Positions 1-10,203 of a stretch of DNA of 64,000 nt are shown here, one piece after another (within the stretch, counting starts at the first letter, position 1; the number at the start of each line of letters is the position of its first letter). A program made the translations under genes and the position numbers. The notes beneath the pieces are model-generated. The model saw nothing but the letters and a program-made list of their open reading frames with translations. It was not told the DNA's origin and ran no database searches. This DNA is from Bdellovibrionales bacterium. Its GTDB lineage: Bacteria > Bdellovibrionota > Bdellovibrionia > Bdellovibrionales > JAMPXM01. The DNA lies in assembly GCA_043739185.1 (NCBI GenBank), contig JAYUEN010000332.1:96001-160000 (forward strand), written 5' to 3'.

Positions 1-103
1 GTCAGTTTCACAGGCAGAAGTTCAAAGTTCAAAGCTCACCATCACTGGCCCCGTGGGTTCTCGTTATATTGATTTTCAGGGAAAGAATCCTTAGAGCTGC
101 AAC

Positions 104-3100
104 TTATGCTCTGAACGTCTTATTAAAAAGCTTTTCACTAAATGGATAGATAACAGAGAGATGTATGCTCTGATCATGAGCTATCATTTTAGATTTCAGC
201 AATGCCTTTGCGTAATATTCTAATTGCGAAAAGGCTTTGTCTTTGTAACGAATGCTTCCTGTTTTATAGTCTACAATCCAGACCTTCTGCTCAACAATGC
301 CCCAAAGATCAATTTGGCCATCAATAATTTGTTTATCCTCACGATAGCTAAAACCCATTTCGACATGACCCTCCTCAATTAATTTCATAAGAGGAGGTTC
401 ATTCAAAGATTTGAGAAAATTCAAAGCCTGATGCACTTCGCTTTTCTGAGTTTGAAACCAGCGATCAATCAAGGCATCTACGTTATGAGAATATTTTAGA
501 GCTTGCATGAGTTTGTGTGTGAGGCTTCCGTGAGAAACGAGTTTGAAATGGTCCAACCATTGACTGGGATCTTCTTGCGCCTGACTTACTTTGCTACTCT
601 GATTTTCTAAAAGGGCTGTCACCGACGAGGCCGCTGAACGCTCACCTGCACTTGAAGATACCCCTACTGGAGGCCGAATTTGAAGCCTTTCAACTTTCGA
701 TTGCATTAATATTTGGGGCTGGGGCTTGGCTGTTAAAACCTGGTAGGTATAATTTTCCGCTTGATGCTCGCCATTCGACAAATCCCATCTCATCAAATCG
801 GCCCAAGAATTATTTTCAATTGGATTGGTCCAACTTAAAAATACGGAGTCTATTGCGCGCGTCATTGCCACATATAGGACTCTTGCGTGCTCAGCCAGTT
901 CGCTCAGCTTGGTTCTCTCAATGTGGGCTTTCTCAGCTATCGAACCAGTCCACTTTTCCTCAGCCCCCAAAGGAATTTTCATTGACCACTTTTGTGAGTC
1001 TTCATCAAATAGAAAATCTGGCTCAGTGGGAGACTTTGGCTTTTTATTCATGCGAGCAATAATGACATGGCGAAATTGCAATCCCTTTGAGGAATGAATG
1101 GTCATCAAATTGATTCGATCTGGCTCAATACAAGGAACGGCATCGCCTTCGGCATCCATTTCTGCGCGCGCATCGGATTCAATTTGAGCAATCAAATCCA
1201 GGGGATTAAAGCCCGGCTTTTGTTCTTGCTCTTTCAAAATTGAAATCAACTTCCACAAATTGGACTCAATGCGACCGCTGTGATCAGCGTAATGGGATAA
1301 GTCAAAAATCCCGCAGTCTAAAAGACTCTCTAGGTATGCACTCCCAAGTCCAATTTGCTGTACCCGCTCTAAATAGGAGGTTAGTTTCTCAAGCCCGGGC
1401 AACTCACTTTTAAGCTTAGATAAATACATCCAATAGGAGTCTTTGGCTTTGGGCAAATGATCGACTAAAAATTGTTCGCCAACTGAAAACCAGGGTGACC
1501 TCAATAAAATAAGTAAGTTCAGATTGCTATGTGGGTGAACCAGAAATTTGTAAAGCGCCAGGGCATCTTGCACCTCGCGACGCTGGTAAAAGCCACTTGA
1601 GATGTGGACATAATTCAATATGCCGAATTGGCTCAATTGCTTTGATATTTCAACTAGATTTTTATTGGTCCTGGCTAGGATACAAATGTCTTCAAGTTTG
1701 CAATTCTCATTTAACAGGCCTTCAATATGCTCGATAATTGCAAGAACTTCGTCGTCTTCTTGCGAAGCCTCGTCCGCCCCCCCTGCAATGAAAAATTTTG
1801 CAACTTGAGCTTTTGTTCGCGGAGGCTCCGTCTTCCAGTTGGCAATCATTGGCGAAAATGAAATTTTGAGACGCGAAAAGAAATCATTAAAAAATTCTAA
1901 AAGCTCAGGTTTGGAACGGTAATTTTGAATCTTTTCATGTCTCTCTCCGCCGCCCGCAAGGATCACGCTTTCGCGATTTTGAAATACTTCTGAGCGCGCT
2001 CCTCTAAATAAATAGATACTCTGCTGCGGATCGCCGACCACGTACTGTGGTTTGGCTTGTGAAAGCTTCTCGATCAGTTCGACCTGCACTGGGCTTGTAT
2101 CTTGATATTCATCAATCAACCAGTAGTCCCACTCATCCGAAAAAGCCTTTGCTGCCTCGGGAAATTCCCGCGACAATTTCAATGAAAATAGCTCGAGATC
2201 ATTGATTTCGATACTTGCTGTCTGAAGCTTCAATTGCGCAAATTCCTCGCAAAAAGCCTCAAAAAGCTTTCGACACAATTGAAACTTTTCTGCAAATAGT
2301 TTCAAGCTTTCTGGCTGATAACGCTCTTCTTTGAAAAGATTTCGAAGTTGCTCACTCAAGGTTTTTTTAAAAACTGCAGTTTCTTCTGAAATTTGAATAT
2401 TTTTCGAACGTATCGCATTTGGCATTTCTTCAAAGAAATTCTTAAGAAACTCAAAAGAATCACTCCATTGGTGCTTTCTTAAAAACTCTGCAAAAATATG
2501 CAATTGCCTGGCATATTCTAACCATTTCGGATTGTTCTCTTCACTTCGAATTGCGCTTGCCAATTCATCTAATTGGCCGGCATAGCTCTTAAGCTGTAAT
2601 TGCATCAACTGATCTAAACTCGATTGATCATGTGGACTCAATTCGAAAAATTGAAGTTTAGCTTTAGCGTATTCTCGGCAAAGCTTCTCAAGCTTATTAA
2701 AAGTAAAATCGTCGATGAGACTTTGTAGAACTTCTTTTTCTTCGTGATTCAGCAAAATTCTCCTGATCACCTGTCTTGCAAGTTGCGATGCGAGCGACGA
2801 ATTAATCACCGTAAAACTAGGATCCAGCATTATGAAGCTTCCGTATTGTCTCAGAAACTGGTCTAGGATTCCGTGAATAGTTGATATCTTTAGTACAGAC
2901 GTTGAATTCACGAACTCCAATAGCTCTTTGTCTTTTTGCAAGGCCAAAAGTACCAAACGCTCTTTGAGCTCTTGAGTTGCCTTTTTGGTAAAGGTCGTTA
3001 CCACCATCCGCGGATAGCGATCGTGCTTTTTATAAAATTCTCTCGCCACACCAAGTACCTGTTCAGTTAAAGCTGTGGTCTTTCCGGCGCCGGCCCCGGC

Positions 3101-3166
3101 CCTAACAATGATCGACTTTTCTAATAAAATCTTCTCGGAATTCAATTCAGGTGTTGAGCACGACAT
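104..3166 (-). CDS. addA: AddA/RecB-like UvrD-family helicase-nuclease
   Basis: Walker A AGAGAGKTT, TFTKKA, TIHG, LIDEYQDT, VGDPQQSIYLFRGA, MTIHSSKGLQF and LYVAMTRA, plus C-terminal nuclease GQIDLW...VDYKTG. Start moved to ATG 3166 (GGAGGGAG RBS); overlaps the end of addB. Confidence 0.9.
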   Translation of the reverse strand: MSCSTPELNSEKILLEKSIIVRAGAGAGKTTALTEQVLGVAREFYKKHDRYPRMVVTTFTKKATQELKERLVLLALQKDKELLEFVNSTSVLKISTIHGILDQFLRQYGSFIMLDPSFTVINSSLASQLARQVIRRILLNHEEKEVLQSLIDDFTFNKLEKLCREYAKAKLQFFELSPHDQSSLDQLMQLQLKSYAGQLDELASAIRSEENNPKWLEYARQLHIFAEFLRKHQWSDSFEFLKNFFEEMPNAIRSKNIQISEETAVFKKTLSEQLRNLFKEERYQPESLKLFAEKFQLCRKLFEAFCEEFAQLKLQTASIEINDLELFSLKLSREFPEAAKAFSDEWDYWLIDEYQDTSPVQVELIEKLSQAKPQYVVGDPQQSIYLFRGARSEVFQNRESVILAGGGERHEKIQNYRSKPELLEFFNDFFSRLKISFSPMIANWKTEPPRTKAQVAKFFIAGGADEASQEDDEVLAIIEHIEGLLNENCKLEDICILARTNKNLVEISKQLSQFGILNYVHISSGFYQRREVQDALALYKFLVHPHSNLNLLILLRSPWFSVGEQFLVDHLPKAKDSYWMYLSKLKSELPGLEKLTSYLERVQQIGLGSAYLESLLDCGIFDLSHYADHSGRIESNLWKLISILKEQEQKPGFNPLDLIAQIESDARAEMDAEGDAVPCIEPDRINLMTIHSSKGLQFRHVIIARMNKKPKSPTEPDFLFDEDSQKWSMKIPLGAEEKWTGSIAEKAHIERTKLSELAEHARVLYVAMTRAIDSVFLSWTNPIENNSWADLMRWDLSNGEHQAENYTYQVLTAKPQPQILMQSKVERLQIRPPVGVSSSAGERSAASSVTALLENQSSKVSQAQEDPSQWLDHFKLVSHGSLTHKLMQALKYSHNVDALIDRWFQTQKSEVHQALNFLKSLNEPPLMKLIEEGHVEMGFSYREDKQIIDGQIDLWGIVEQKVWIVDYKTGSIRYKDKAFSQLEYYAKALLKSKMIAHDQSIHLSVIYPFSEKLFNKTFRA

Positions 3167-5946
3167 AGCTCCCTCCATTTGCAAGAAGGGCAATCACTTT
3201 GATCCTTTGGTTCCGGATTGAATTGACCACTTAGAATATTTGAAATCGCCTTTTGCACATGCGCAAGGCCGCTGGCAAGCAATTCATCTCGCTCCTTTTG
3301 ACTAATTTTATTTTGCTTTTTATCATTTAATTGATAGAGGCCTTCGTGATCTACGAGTTTAAAACCAAAATCCCTATTCAAATCTTGAACGACATAATAA
3401 ACAGCTGAAACAACTTTCTGTGGAGGAAGCTCAGTCCAAGCATTCTCAAGCGCAATTGAATACAAAATCAGCTGAATTTTATCATTTTTAAGCCAACTCG
3501 AATACTGACTAACCGAAGCACCTGTTGATTTATAATCAATGATGACTGCGTTCCCTTGGCCGTCTACATCCACACGATCAATAGATCCTCGAAATATGAC
3601 TTTTGCTGACTCATCCTGAAGTGGTCTGAATTCTAAACTCTGAGAATCTACTTGCGCCCTTACTTTCACTTCTTGACCAAGGCTAAGCGTTTCTTTAAAT
3701 TCCGCACGCCAAACTCTTTCAAATTCCAAAAATCGTCGCGCAATTTTAAAATATTTCTTTTTTTGGCTCATCCACAAACGTTCGTCTCCGAGTAGCATAT
3801 CATTTTCGAACCTCGCCAGGTCAATTAGATCCGAAATTTCAATATCCGTTAAGTCGAAATTCATTGGTTGAGGACGCGTGAGTTTTTCAAAAATCTTATG
3901 CGTGAGAACTCCTTTTGTCATCGGATCAATATCGAGGTCAAGACTTGGCTGATCCGTGAGCTTAAACAAACGTGTCGCCTGATAAATAAACGGACACTTC
4001 AAATAGGATTCAATAGAAGACGCTGACAAATAGACAGCTTGATTCAACTGTATTTTGGTTTTGGTATTTTGCATCCGCGCCAGGCACTCATTGCATTCTC
4101 GGTCGGTAAATTTTTTAAGCTTGAGAATATCAAGCACTTCACTATTTTGAATTTCATCCCATCGTGTCGTATTGGGCATTTGAATCTTCAGCGGGTGACC
4201 CGATTTTTGTGCGCCTTCTAACCACAACCATGAAGGCGCCAGAATTTGAGCTGAAAAATCAGTTACTCCAAATGAAAGGAAACTCTCTCGAGAAGAATCT
4301 TCTAAAATCCACCTAGCTTGAAATTCGCTGCGTTTCTGGTCCGGTGAAAAAATTTGAAATCCCAAATCTTGCGCTATTTTTCGAACGTCAAAGGCGGTCA
4401 TGGCGGTTTGAAAGCTTGCCCGAAAAGCTTCTTCACTTAGTCCCATAATAAAGATTTTCTTGGCCTTGGTATGTTCACAGCTACTCAAATTTAAAATTTG
4501 TATGCCTGATGCGTCTGCTTCTAAAATTTTAAAGTTAGTTTTAGAAATGAGACTCTGAAGATAGTTGAGCCAAAGATCAGCGCTCAAGACTTGTTTAATC
4601 GGAATTTCAGACCAAATCTTTTTGAAAAGCACATCGAGCTTTTCAAGGGATATTTGTGGAGGTAAAAATTTAAGCGTCCAAACGAAAAAATGATCGCGAC
4701 TCACCTGAGATTTCAAATCGAGATCAATTCGAAATTGCTTTTCAATTTCATGATCGCGTTTGAGGTCTTCTCTGCTGTATACAAACTTAAAAAGTTTGGC
4801 GAATTGATCGTAATTCATTTTGCATTGATCATTTTGATTGAAGATTGAAATTTCAAGATCAGATTCATTGCACAACCCGAGACGCAAGCGAAGCTGGGCA
4901 ATCCATTGACTCACCTCTCGAAATTCATTGAAATTAGAAAGGACCTCTCGATTAAAGCTGATCCCCTCGACTTTCAAAAAACTCATAAGTGCAGGCATAT
5001 AGTTTTCAATATCGGGAGCTATAATAGCTAGGTCCTTCAGCTGATCGCCACTGTCAATGCAGCCGCGAACTCGGCTGACCACATCCTTCACTTCCGCGAG
5101 TTCCGTTGAAAATTTATTGAAACTTAATTTGGCTAGTCCAAATTGTTTCGAAAATTCTTGGTGTTTATTTTTTAATTCTGAAGTCACGCCGATTTTGGCT
5201 TCGCGTAACCTCTGATATGGAGCCAATGTACCGGAGTACAATTTGGCCCACGACGGACTCGGCTCAATGACCGTGACATCTATGAATTTTGAAAGCATGA
5301 CCAAAACTTCGCTTTCAACTTGAGAAAGTTCTGAACCAAGATCTATTACTAAATTTCTTTTCCAAAGTTTATCAATTTCAAGCTCATTTACCAGAACTCC
5401 GCTTGTCCAAGGGGCCGCTACAAACTTCTCTCTTAAAAAAAGACTCCAAACCTGTGAACTCAGATGAAACCAATTTCCCCATCGGGTTCTACAGTCTTCG
5501 TTTTGCTCGAGCCATTCGCTTAACATTTCAATTCCCATGGGATGACTCAGCGCTGGCATCAATTGGGTGATATAATTGTATACCGTATTTGCAAAGCCCT
5601 GGTTTTCGGCTTGAAAGAACTTTGTTTCGAATTTTTTTTCGACTCGACTTTCTTCTAACTTTAAATCTTTTAAAAATTGGCTAATGAGTGAAATTGCAAA
5701 TTCTCTAGATACAATTTGCCATTCAGGATTCACGCGAAAAAGCAGCAGTCTCCATAGTTCTGAGGCCCGTAAGACGCTTTCAGTATTGATAAATTCATTT
5801 TTGGTAAGTAATAATTTTTGAATTTCAAATTTGCTTTTCAAATCTGAAATCACCCAGGTGAGCCTCTGAGAACCAAGGTTTTCAAGATGATCATTTAGGT
5901 AAGCTGCAGATTGGAGTGGACCATCTGAACTGACAATTTTTAACAT
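3142..5946 (-). CDS. addB: AddB/RexB-like PD-(D/E)XK nuclease subunit with Fe-S cluster
   Basis: LSASSIESYLKCPF, RGSIDRVD, IIDYKS and terminal CPSCKWRELC (four Fe-S Cys); directly upstream of addA. Confidence 0.85.
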   Translation of the reverse strand: MLKIVSSDGPLQSAAYLNDHLENLGSQRLTWVISDLKSKFEIQKLLLTKNEFINTESVLRASELWRLLLFRVNPEWQIVSREFAISLISQFLKDLKLEESRVEKKFETKFFQAENQGFANTVYNYITQLMPALSHPMGIEMLSEWLEQNEDCRTRWGNWFHLSSQVWSLFLREKFVAAPWTSGVLVNELEIDKLWKRNLVIDLGSELSQVESEVLVMLSKFIDVTVIEPSPSWAKLYSGTLAPYQRLREAKIGVTSELKNKHQEFSKQFGLAKLSFNKFSTELAEVKDVVSRVRGCIDSGDQLKDLAIIAPDIENYMPALMSFLKVEGISFNREVLSNFNEFREVSQWIAQLRLRLGLCNESDLEISIFNQNDQCKMNYDQFAKLFKFVYSREDLKRDHEIEKQFRIDLDLKSQVSRDHFFVWTLKFLPPQISLEKLDVLFKKIWSEIPIKQVLSADLWLNYLQSLISKTNFKILEADASGIQILNLSSCEHTKAKKIFIMGLSEEAFRASFQTAMTAFDVRKIAQDLGFQIFSPDQKRSEFQARWILEDSSRESFLSFGVTDFSAQILAPSWLWLEGAQKSGHPLKIQMPNTTRWDEIQNSEVLDILKLKKFTDRECNECLARMQNTKTKIQLNQAVYLSASSIESYLKCPFIYQATRLFKLTDQPSLDLDIDPMTKGVLTHKIFEKLTRPQPMNFDLTDIEISDLIDLARFENDMLLGDERLWMSQKKKYFKIARRFLEFERVWRAEFKETLSLGQEVKVRAQVDSQSLEFRPLQDESAKVIFRGSIDRVDVDGQGNAVIIDYKSTGASVSQYSSWLKNDKIQLILYSIALENAWTELPPQKVVSAVYYVVQDLNRDFGFKLVDHEGLYQLNDKKQNKISQKERDELLASGLAHVQKAISNILSGQFNPEPKDQSDCPSCKWRELCRAQHLN

Positions 5947-5995
5947 TCAGCAACTATATACTCAAGTTTGCTTTATGTTAAACGAAACAGCTGCA

Positions 5996-7162
5996 TCATC
6001 TGCGCTGTTTAAGTCCGCGTCTAAAACTACCTGCAGAGGAGCTGCCGTCGGCGCCACTCTTTGAGCCCGAGCCCGAACCCCCGAAGAGTCCTAAGGGATC
6101 AAATCCAATTTCGAAAGTTGCTTGAATGACATAGCGGCGATCCTCAATTTGCCCAGGCATTTCGCCCAATTCCTGACCGTAGGTGGCCGCGTCTACTCTT
6201 AAAACGCCAAGATCAACACCGGCTCCAGCCGTATAATATCCCTGATTGAATCCTGCTCTTATACTTATAATCGGCAGACTGACTTCAACACCCAGTGAAA
6301 TCTTTTTACCAAATTGAATATCTGCGCGGTTTAAATACTTATAGTCGAGCGTGGGCGAAATCGTAATCAAGGGCGCCGAAATTTCAAGTGCTCCTCCAAT
6401 GATCATTTCATCTTGAATCCTCGGTGGAGCTATTGCCCCTGCCGTTTTTGTAAATGCCGTACACCCCATATTCTTCCAGACAAAACTCAAGGTCGGGCGA
6501 ATCGGCGAAGGTACCGTTACCAATAAACCCGCATCGAGCGCATAACCCGAACCCGTGCTTTGAAGGGCATTTGTAATTTGAGTGGTATTGAGAGTCGCCA
6601 ATTGATCAGAAGTAAAAGTAGATTCAGTTCCGGTGCGGATAATATACTTTGTATCCATTCCAAATTTAACAAAGCCCGGTACCGGCTCAAAGCCAAAGCC
6701 TACGACTCCACCGTAGTCTTGATAGTATTGCAAATTCAATTCTGGATAAGGCGGATTGGATACGGAGAGAAGAGCATCTGCATTTCCAAATAAACCGACA
6801 CCAAAATGTGGAAACGTAAAGGCAGTCTTGGTCCCGACATTGAGCCAGTGATATTTACCATACTCACTTTGAATCGCATTGGTTAAATTAGACGAATTTT
6901 TGAAATTGTTCATGGTCTGCATAATATTGACGTCATCTAGGCCAAGATGCAGATCTAAGATTGTCCAGTTGAGGCCGCTCACTCGATTCAAACCAGCAGG
7001 ATTATAAAATAAGGAGTCGGCATCATCGACTATAGCTGTGTAGGCATTTCCCATTCCGAGCGCACGAATCGAAGTCCAATTTTCATGAAGCGGAAGTGCA
7101 GGAACAGCATAAGCTTTCAGTGCTGCAAAAAAAAATGCAATGCAAACTAAAATTCGGGTCAC
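5996..7162 (-). CDS. Outer-membrane beta-barrel protein, TraF_2/FadL/PorV-like (paralog 1)
   Basis: Signal peptide (AYA), RALGMGNAYTAIVDDADSLFYNPAGL, and C-terminal RAGFNQGYYTAG...YGQELG...EDRRY. Likely GTG start at 7162 overlapping the upstream TGA (GTGA). Confidence 0.7.
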   Translation of the reverse strand: MTRILVCIAFFFAALKAYAVPALPLHENWTSIRALGMGNAYTAIVDDADSLFYNPAGLNRVSGLNWTILDLHLGLDDVNIMQTMNNFKNSSNLTNAIQSEYGKYHWLNVGTKTAFTFPHFGVGLFGNADALLSVSNPPYPELNLQYYQDYGGVVGFGFEPVPGFVKFGMDTKYIIRTGTESTFTSDQLATLNTTQITNALQSTGSGYALDAGLLVTVPSPIRPTLSFVWKNMGCTAFTKTAGAIAPPRIQDEMIIGGALEISAPLITISPTLDYKYLNRADIQFGKKISLGVEVSLPIISIRAGFNQGYYTAGAGVDLGVLRVDAATYGQELGEMPGQIEDRRYVIQATFEIGFDPLGLFGGSGSGSKSGADGSSSAGSFRRGLKQRR

Positions 7163-8007
7163 GGATACACCGCACAGACACAAGTGGCGAGGGTATTGTC
7201 CGCACAATTTCCGATTCCAAAAAAATTGGTTTTAACTAATCCCATTAAGATTTTTAATTCATTATTGGTAAAAGAACTTGGTGTGGTTTGAGTACACGGG
7301 TTCGTGCCCCCAGTGAGGGTGGTAATACTCGTGCAATAACTTTGAAAACTTGAAGCACTCCCTGAAAAGGCATTGATGCCAGAAGCAGACAAAGAATCAA
7401 ATCCGATCATCAAACTTGCCGCGAGTTTTTGCGCCTCTGCAACTGGTAATCCGGTAGCCGCGGGAATGCTGCCCTTGGTGGTTAAACAAGGATCAAAGCC
7501 TGCGTCGATCGTGCCACTTCCTCCTTGATCAGCATATTGGCCAAGGACACTGCCAATTCGTTGAAATTCAATAAGACCTATTAAAAGATTTTCTGCTACC
7601 GTGCGCGCGGCAGAGGTCGCCGCAATCGACATCATGAGGGTTTCGGCATTGGTGCAATCGGTCTCTTGCGAAGCTGCAGACTTTACGCCGCTATTGTATA
7701 AAACTTTGAGCACCGTGGCCGATCCGATATTTGAAAAATTATTTACCAAGCCAATAAAATCAAGTCCGCAGCGACCTGCATAGGCGGCCGCTTTGAGGGC
7801 CGTCACATTTCTTTGAGCAACATAAGTCGCACTCATAAGATTGAAATCTGCCAGGGCTGAAGTATAATCCTTACTATTCATGGCGATTTTCGCACTAACC
7901 ATCAGGGAATCATCCGTAATAATTCCGGACTGCGACAAGACGTTGGTACAGCTACCTGAAAATAAGAAAACGAAAAGTAGCCTTGAAAGCAATGAAAAAA
8001 ATTGCAT
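7159..8007 (-). CDS. Putative lipoprotein, Cys-containing, with a TPR-like N-terminal helix pair
   Basis: Hydrophobic leader ending FSGSC; Ser/Thr/Ala/Gly-rich; several Cys. Start ATG 8007 (alternative 8040). Confidence 0.65.
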   Translation of the reverse strand: MQFFSLLSRLLFVFLFSGSCTNVLSQSGIITDDSLMVSAKIAMNSKDYTSALADFNLMSATYVAQRNVTALKAAAYAGRCGLDFIGLVNNFSNIGSATVLKVLYNSGVKSAASQETDCTNAETLMMSIAATSAARTVAENLLIGLIEFQRIGSVLGQYADQGGSGTIDAGFDPCLTTKGSIPAATGLPVAEAQKLAASLMIGFDSLSASGINAFSGSASSFQSYCTSITTLTGGTNPCTQTTPSSFTNNELKILMGLVKTNFFGIGNCADNTLATCVCAVYP

Positions 8008-8128
8008 ACCGATGTGACTTTTAAAATTAGAATGTTTCATCTGAATCTAGAATATCTCGCCACTTATAAAAGTGGGAGTAAAATTTCTTGAAGTAGAGAT
8101 CTATCGAGACTTGAGGATAATATCTAGC

Positions 8129-9226
8129 CTAAAATCTAAAGGAAAATTTGCCTAGATAACGTCGATCTTCTTTTGGCTGGGTGGCTGTACCAATTTCTTC
8201 ACCGTAGCTGGTTACTTGAAATTGCATTCGTTCACTTGCAAATTCGAGTCCGGCCGTATAATAACTTTGATTCAATCCTGCACGAATAAACAGAAGATCG
8301 CCAATATTGATTTCGCCCCCGACATGAACTCTTCTCATCAAGCTGGTTTCAGTGCTGAGAGTGGCAATGTCATGTACCTCAGCCGTAAAGGTAGAGCGTG
8401 TGCGCGCCCCCATTATGGGAAATATCGCCAGACCTGCATCGACAGTCTGAATGCTATCAGGCGGTCGACCGGCAACACCTTGATAAACCGAGCCAGCTGT
8501 CAAATTATAACTTGTATTGCCTAGATCATGAACCGTGAATCCAATTGATGGTAAATATTCAACTGGTATTGAAATCACTCCGCCAACATTGACTCCCAAG
8601 CCTGTCCCTTCCGTTCCCGAATTCGGAACAGAAATTGAAGTTGTTGAAGCAACTACAAAATCCTTTGAAATTGTAGAGTGGTCAATATAGCGAGTGGCGA
8701 CACCAATTTTTACGATTCCACCAAAGAATTTAAAATTAATCCCCAATACAGCGTCAATGTCTTGAGTATAATCAAGATGAAAATTAGCAGCCGTTGAGTC
8801 AGCCTCGCCGTCGATTCTTCGCATGGCGTGAATTCCAAAGCCAAAATCTGGCAAAACAATTGAAGGTAAAAATTGCAGTTTCAAATGATAGTGCGTAGAC
8901 GGTGCGACCACGCAATTGTTAAAAACAATCGTAGGGTCAACCATTCCCAAATAATTCCCGTTGGTTGAAAAAATCTGCTGATCGTTGCTTCCCACTTCAA
9001 GTTCAGGATCGGCAAGGGTAATGATTTTCGAACGCAATCGTCCGAGACCTGCAGGATTGAGCTCGAGTGAAGTTTCATCGTTTACAGTATTGACGTAGGC
9101 TCCGCCCATCGCAAGTTCGCGCGCCCCCGTATAAGATTGATAGATTTCAGAGGCCATGCTCACACGAATATTGAGCACCGAAGTACCAATAAATAAAATG
9201 AGTTTAATAAAGAAGGAAAACTTCAT
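8129..9226 (-). CDS. Outer-membrane beta-barrel protein, TraF_2/FadL/PorV-like (paralog 2)
   Basis: GARELAMGGAYVNTVNDETSLELNPAGL; RAGLNQSYYTAG...YGEEIG...EDRRYLGKFSFRF with terminal Phe; start at MKFSFF. Confidence 0.7.
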   Translation of the reverse strand: MKFSFFIKLILFIGTSVLNIRVSMASEIYQSYTGARELAMGGAYVNTVNDETSLELNPAGLGRLRSKIITLADPELEVGSNDQQIFSTNGNYLGMVDPTIVFNNCVVAPSTHYHLKLQFLPSIVLPDFGFGIHAMRRIDGEADSTAANFHLDYTQDIDAVLGINFKFFGGIVKIGVATRYIDHSTISKDFVVASTTSISVPNSGTEGTGLGVNVGGVISIPVEYLPSIGFTVHDLGNTSYNLTAGSVYQGVAGRPPDSIQTVDAGLAIFPIMGARTRSTFTAEVHDIATLSTETSLMRRVHVGGEINIGDLLFIRAGLNQSYYTAGLEFASERMQFQVTSYGEEIGTATQPKEDRRYLGKFSFRF

Positions 9227-9479
9227 ATCTTTATTTCGGTATTTATTTGACCCAGTATGAGACAAGTTTCCAAAATCTAGACACCCGTCGCGAAGTGCTA
9301 TTGCCGAAATCATTTAAATTTACCGACCAAGATCTAGTTAGAAATGGCCTCTCGTATATGCGTATTCACTATCGGCTTACTTGACTAAATTCGCGAAAAG
9401 TCCGAAAAATAAGAAGGCCCTTGATGGGTCTCACTCTTTGCTAGCTCCTACTGGGATCTTACTAAAAAGGATTGGCTCT

Positions 9480-10187
9480 ATGAAATACAACGGACTTGTT
9501 TCATTGGTTTTTGTTTTGATTGCCTTGGCGCTCTTTTCAAGCTGCGAAAATTCAGATCAAACTTCGCTATCCGCGGCGCAATCATGTCTTGACCATGCCA
9601 ATTCAAAAGCGACAGCAAATGCTTGCGTAGCTCAATTGGGAGCCCTCCGAACTCCTGAAGCTTATCTCGTCATTTGTTCGGCTCACTTTATCGCACAGGG
9701 ATTTACCACAACCCGATTTGTGAGCGCTTATAATGCGTTGACCGCATCTTCATCTGGCACAAATGCGACCGCGCAATCAATGTCCTTCATGGCATTTAAT
9801 AATACGACTGGGAGTGATGGTTCAATTCAGACGCTCAGTGATTGTCAGTCATCTAATGTAAAGTCTCTTGCTCGGCTTGCGGTCTTAGCTCAAATGGCAA
9901 CCCTGGTCGGAACTGTTGCCGCTAGTTTGGGTAGTTCCTATGATCCGAATGCAGGCTATACTCCTGCGCAAATCACCGCCGCACTTGCAGCTTTTGGAAC
10001 TTCACCCGCCGCCGATCCGGCCACACTTGGTTCAACCGCAATTACTGCAAGCCAAGTTTATTGCGCTGCCGGTAGTAGCTTTCAAACTTCAAGCGTTTGT
10101 ACAACTTTGAATGCAGCCCTTGCTGGCGGCTCAACGCCAACGGCTATTGGCACGGCATTGATTGCACAATTGCAAGTCACTCATTAA
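9480..10187 (+). CDS. Putative lipoprotein, Cys-containing and Ala/Ser/Thr-rich
   Basis: MKYNGLVSLVFVLIALALFSSC lipobox; six further Cys in the mature part. Confidence 0.7.
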   Translation: MKYNGLVSLVFVLIALALFSSCENSDQTSLSAAQSCLDHANSKATANACVAQLGALRTPEAYLVICSAHFIAQGFTTTRFVSAYNALTASSSGTNATAQSMSFMAFNNTTGSDGSIQTLSDCQSSNVKSLARLAVLAQMATLVGTVAASLGSSYDPNAGYTPAQITAALAAFGTSPAADPATLGSTAITASQVYCAAGSSFQTSSVCTTLNAALAGGSTPTAIGTALIAQLQVTH

Positions 10188-10203
10188 AAATGCGACGGTT
10201 CTT

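Noticed and set aside
1..100. Possible structured RNA downstream of addA (AAGTTCA twice, GC-rich patch)
   Set aside because: Truncated by the window edge; I could not match it to tmRNA, 6S, SRP or a riboswitch.
104..5946. Helicase-nuclease pair as an anti-phage or Cas4 system
   Set aside because: Size, order and motifs fit ordinary AddAB; no CRISPR array or cas genes are present.
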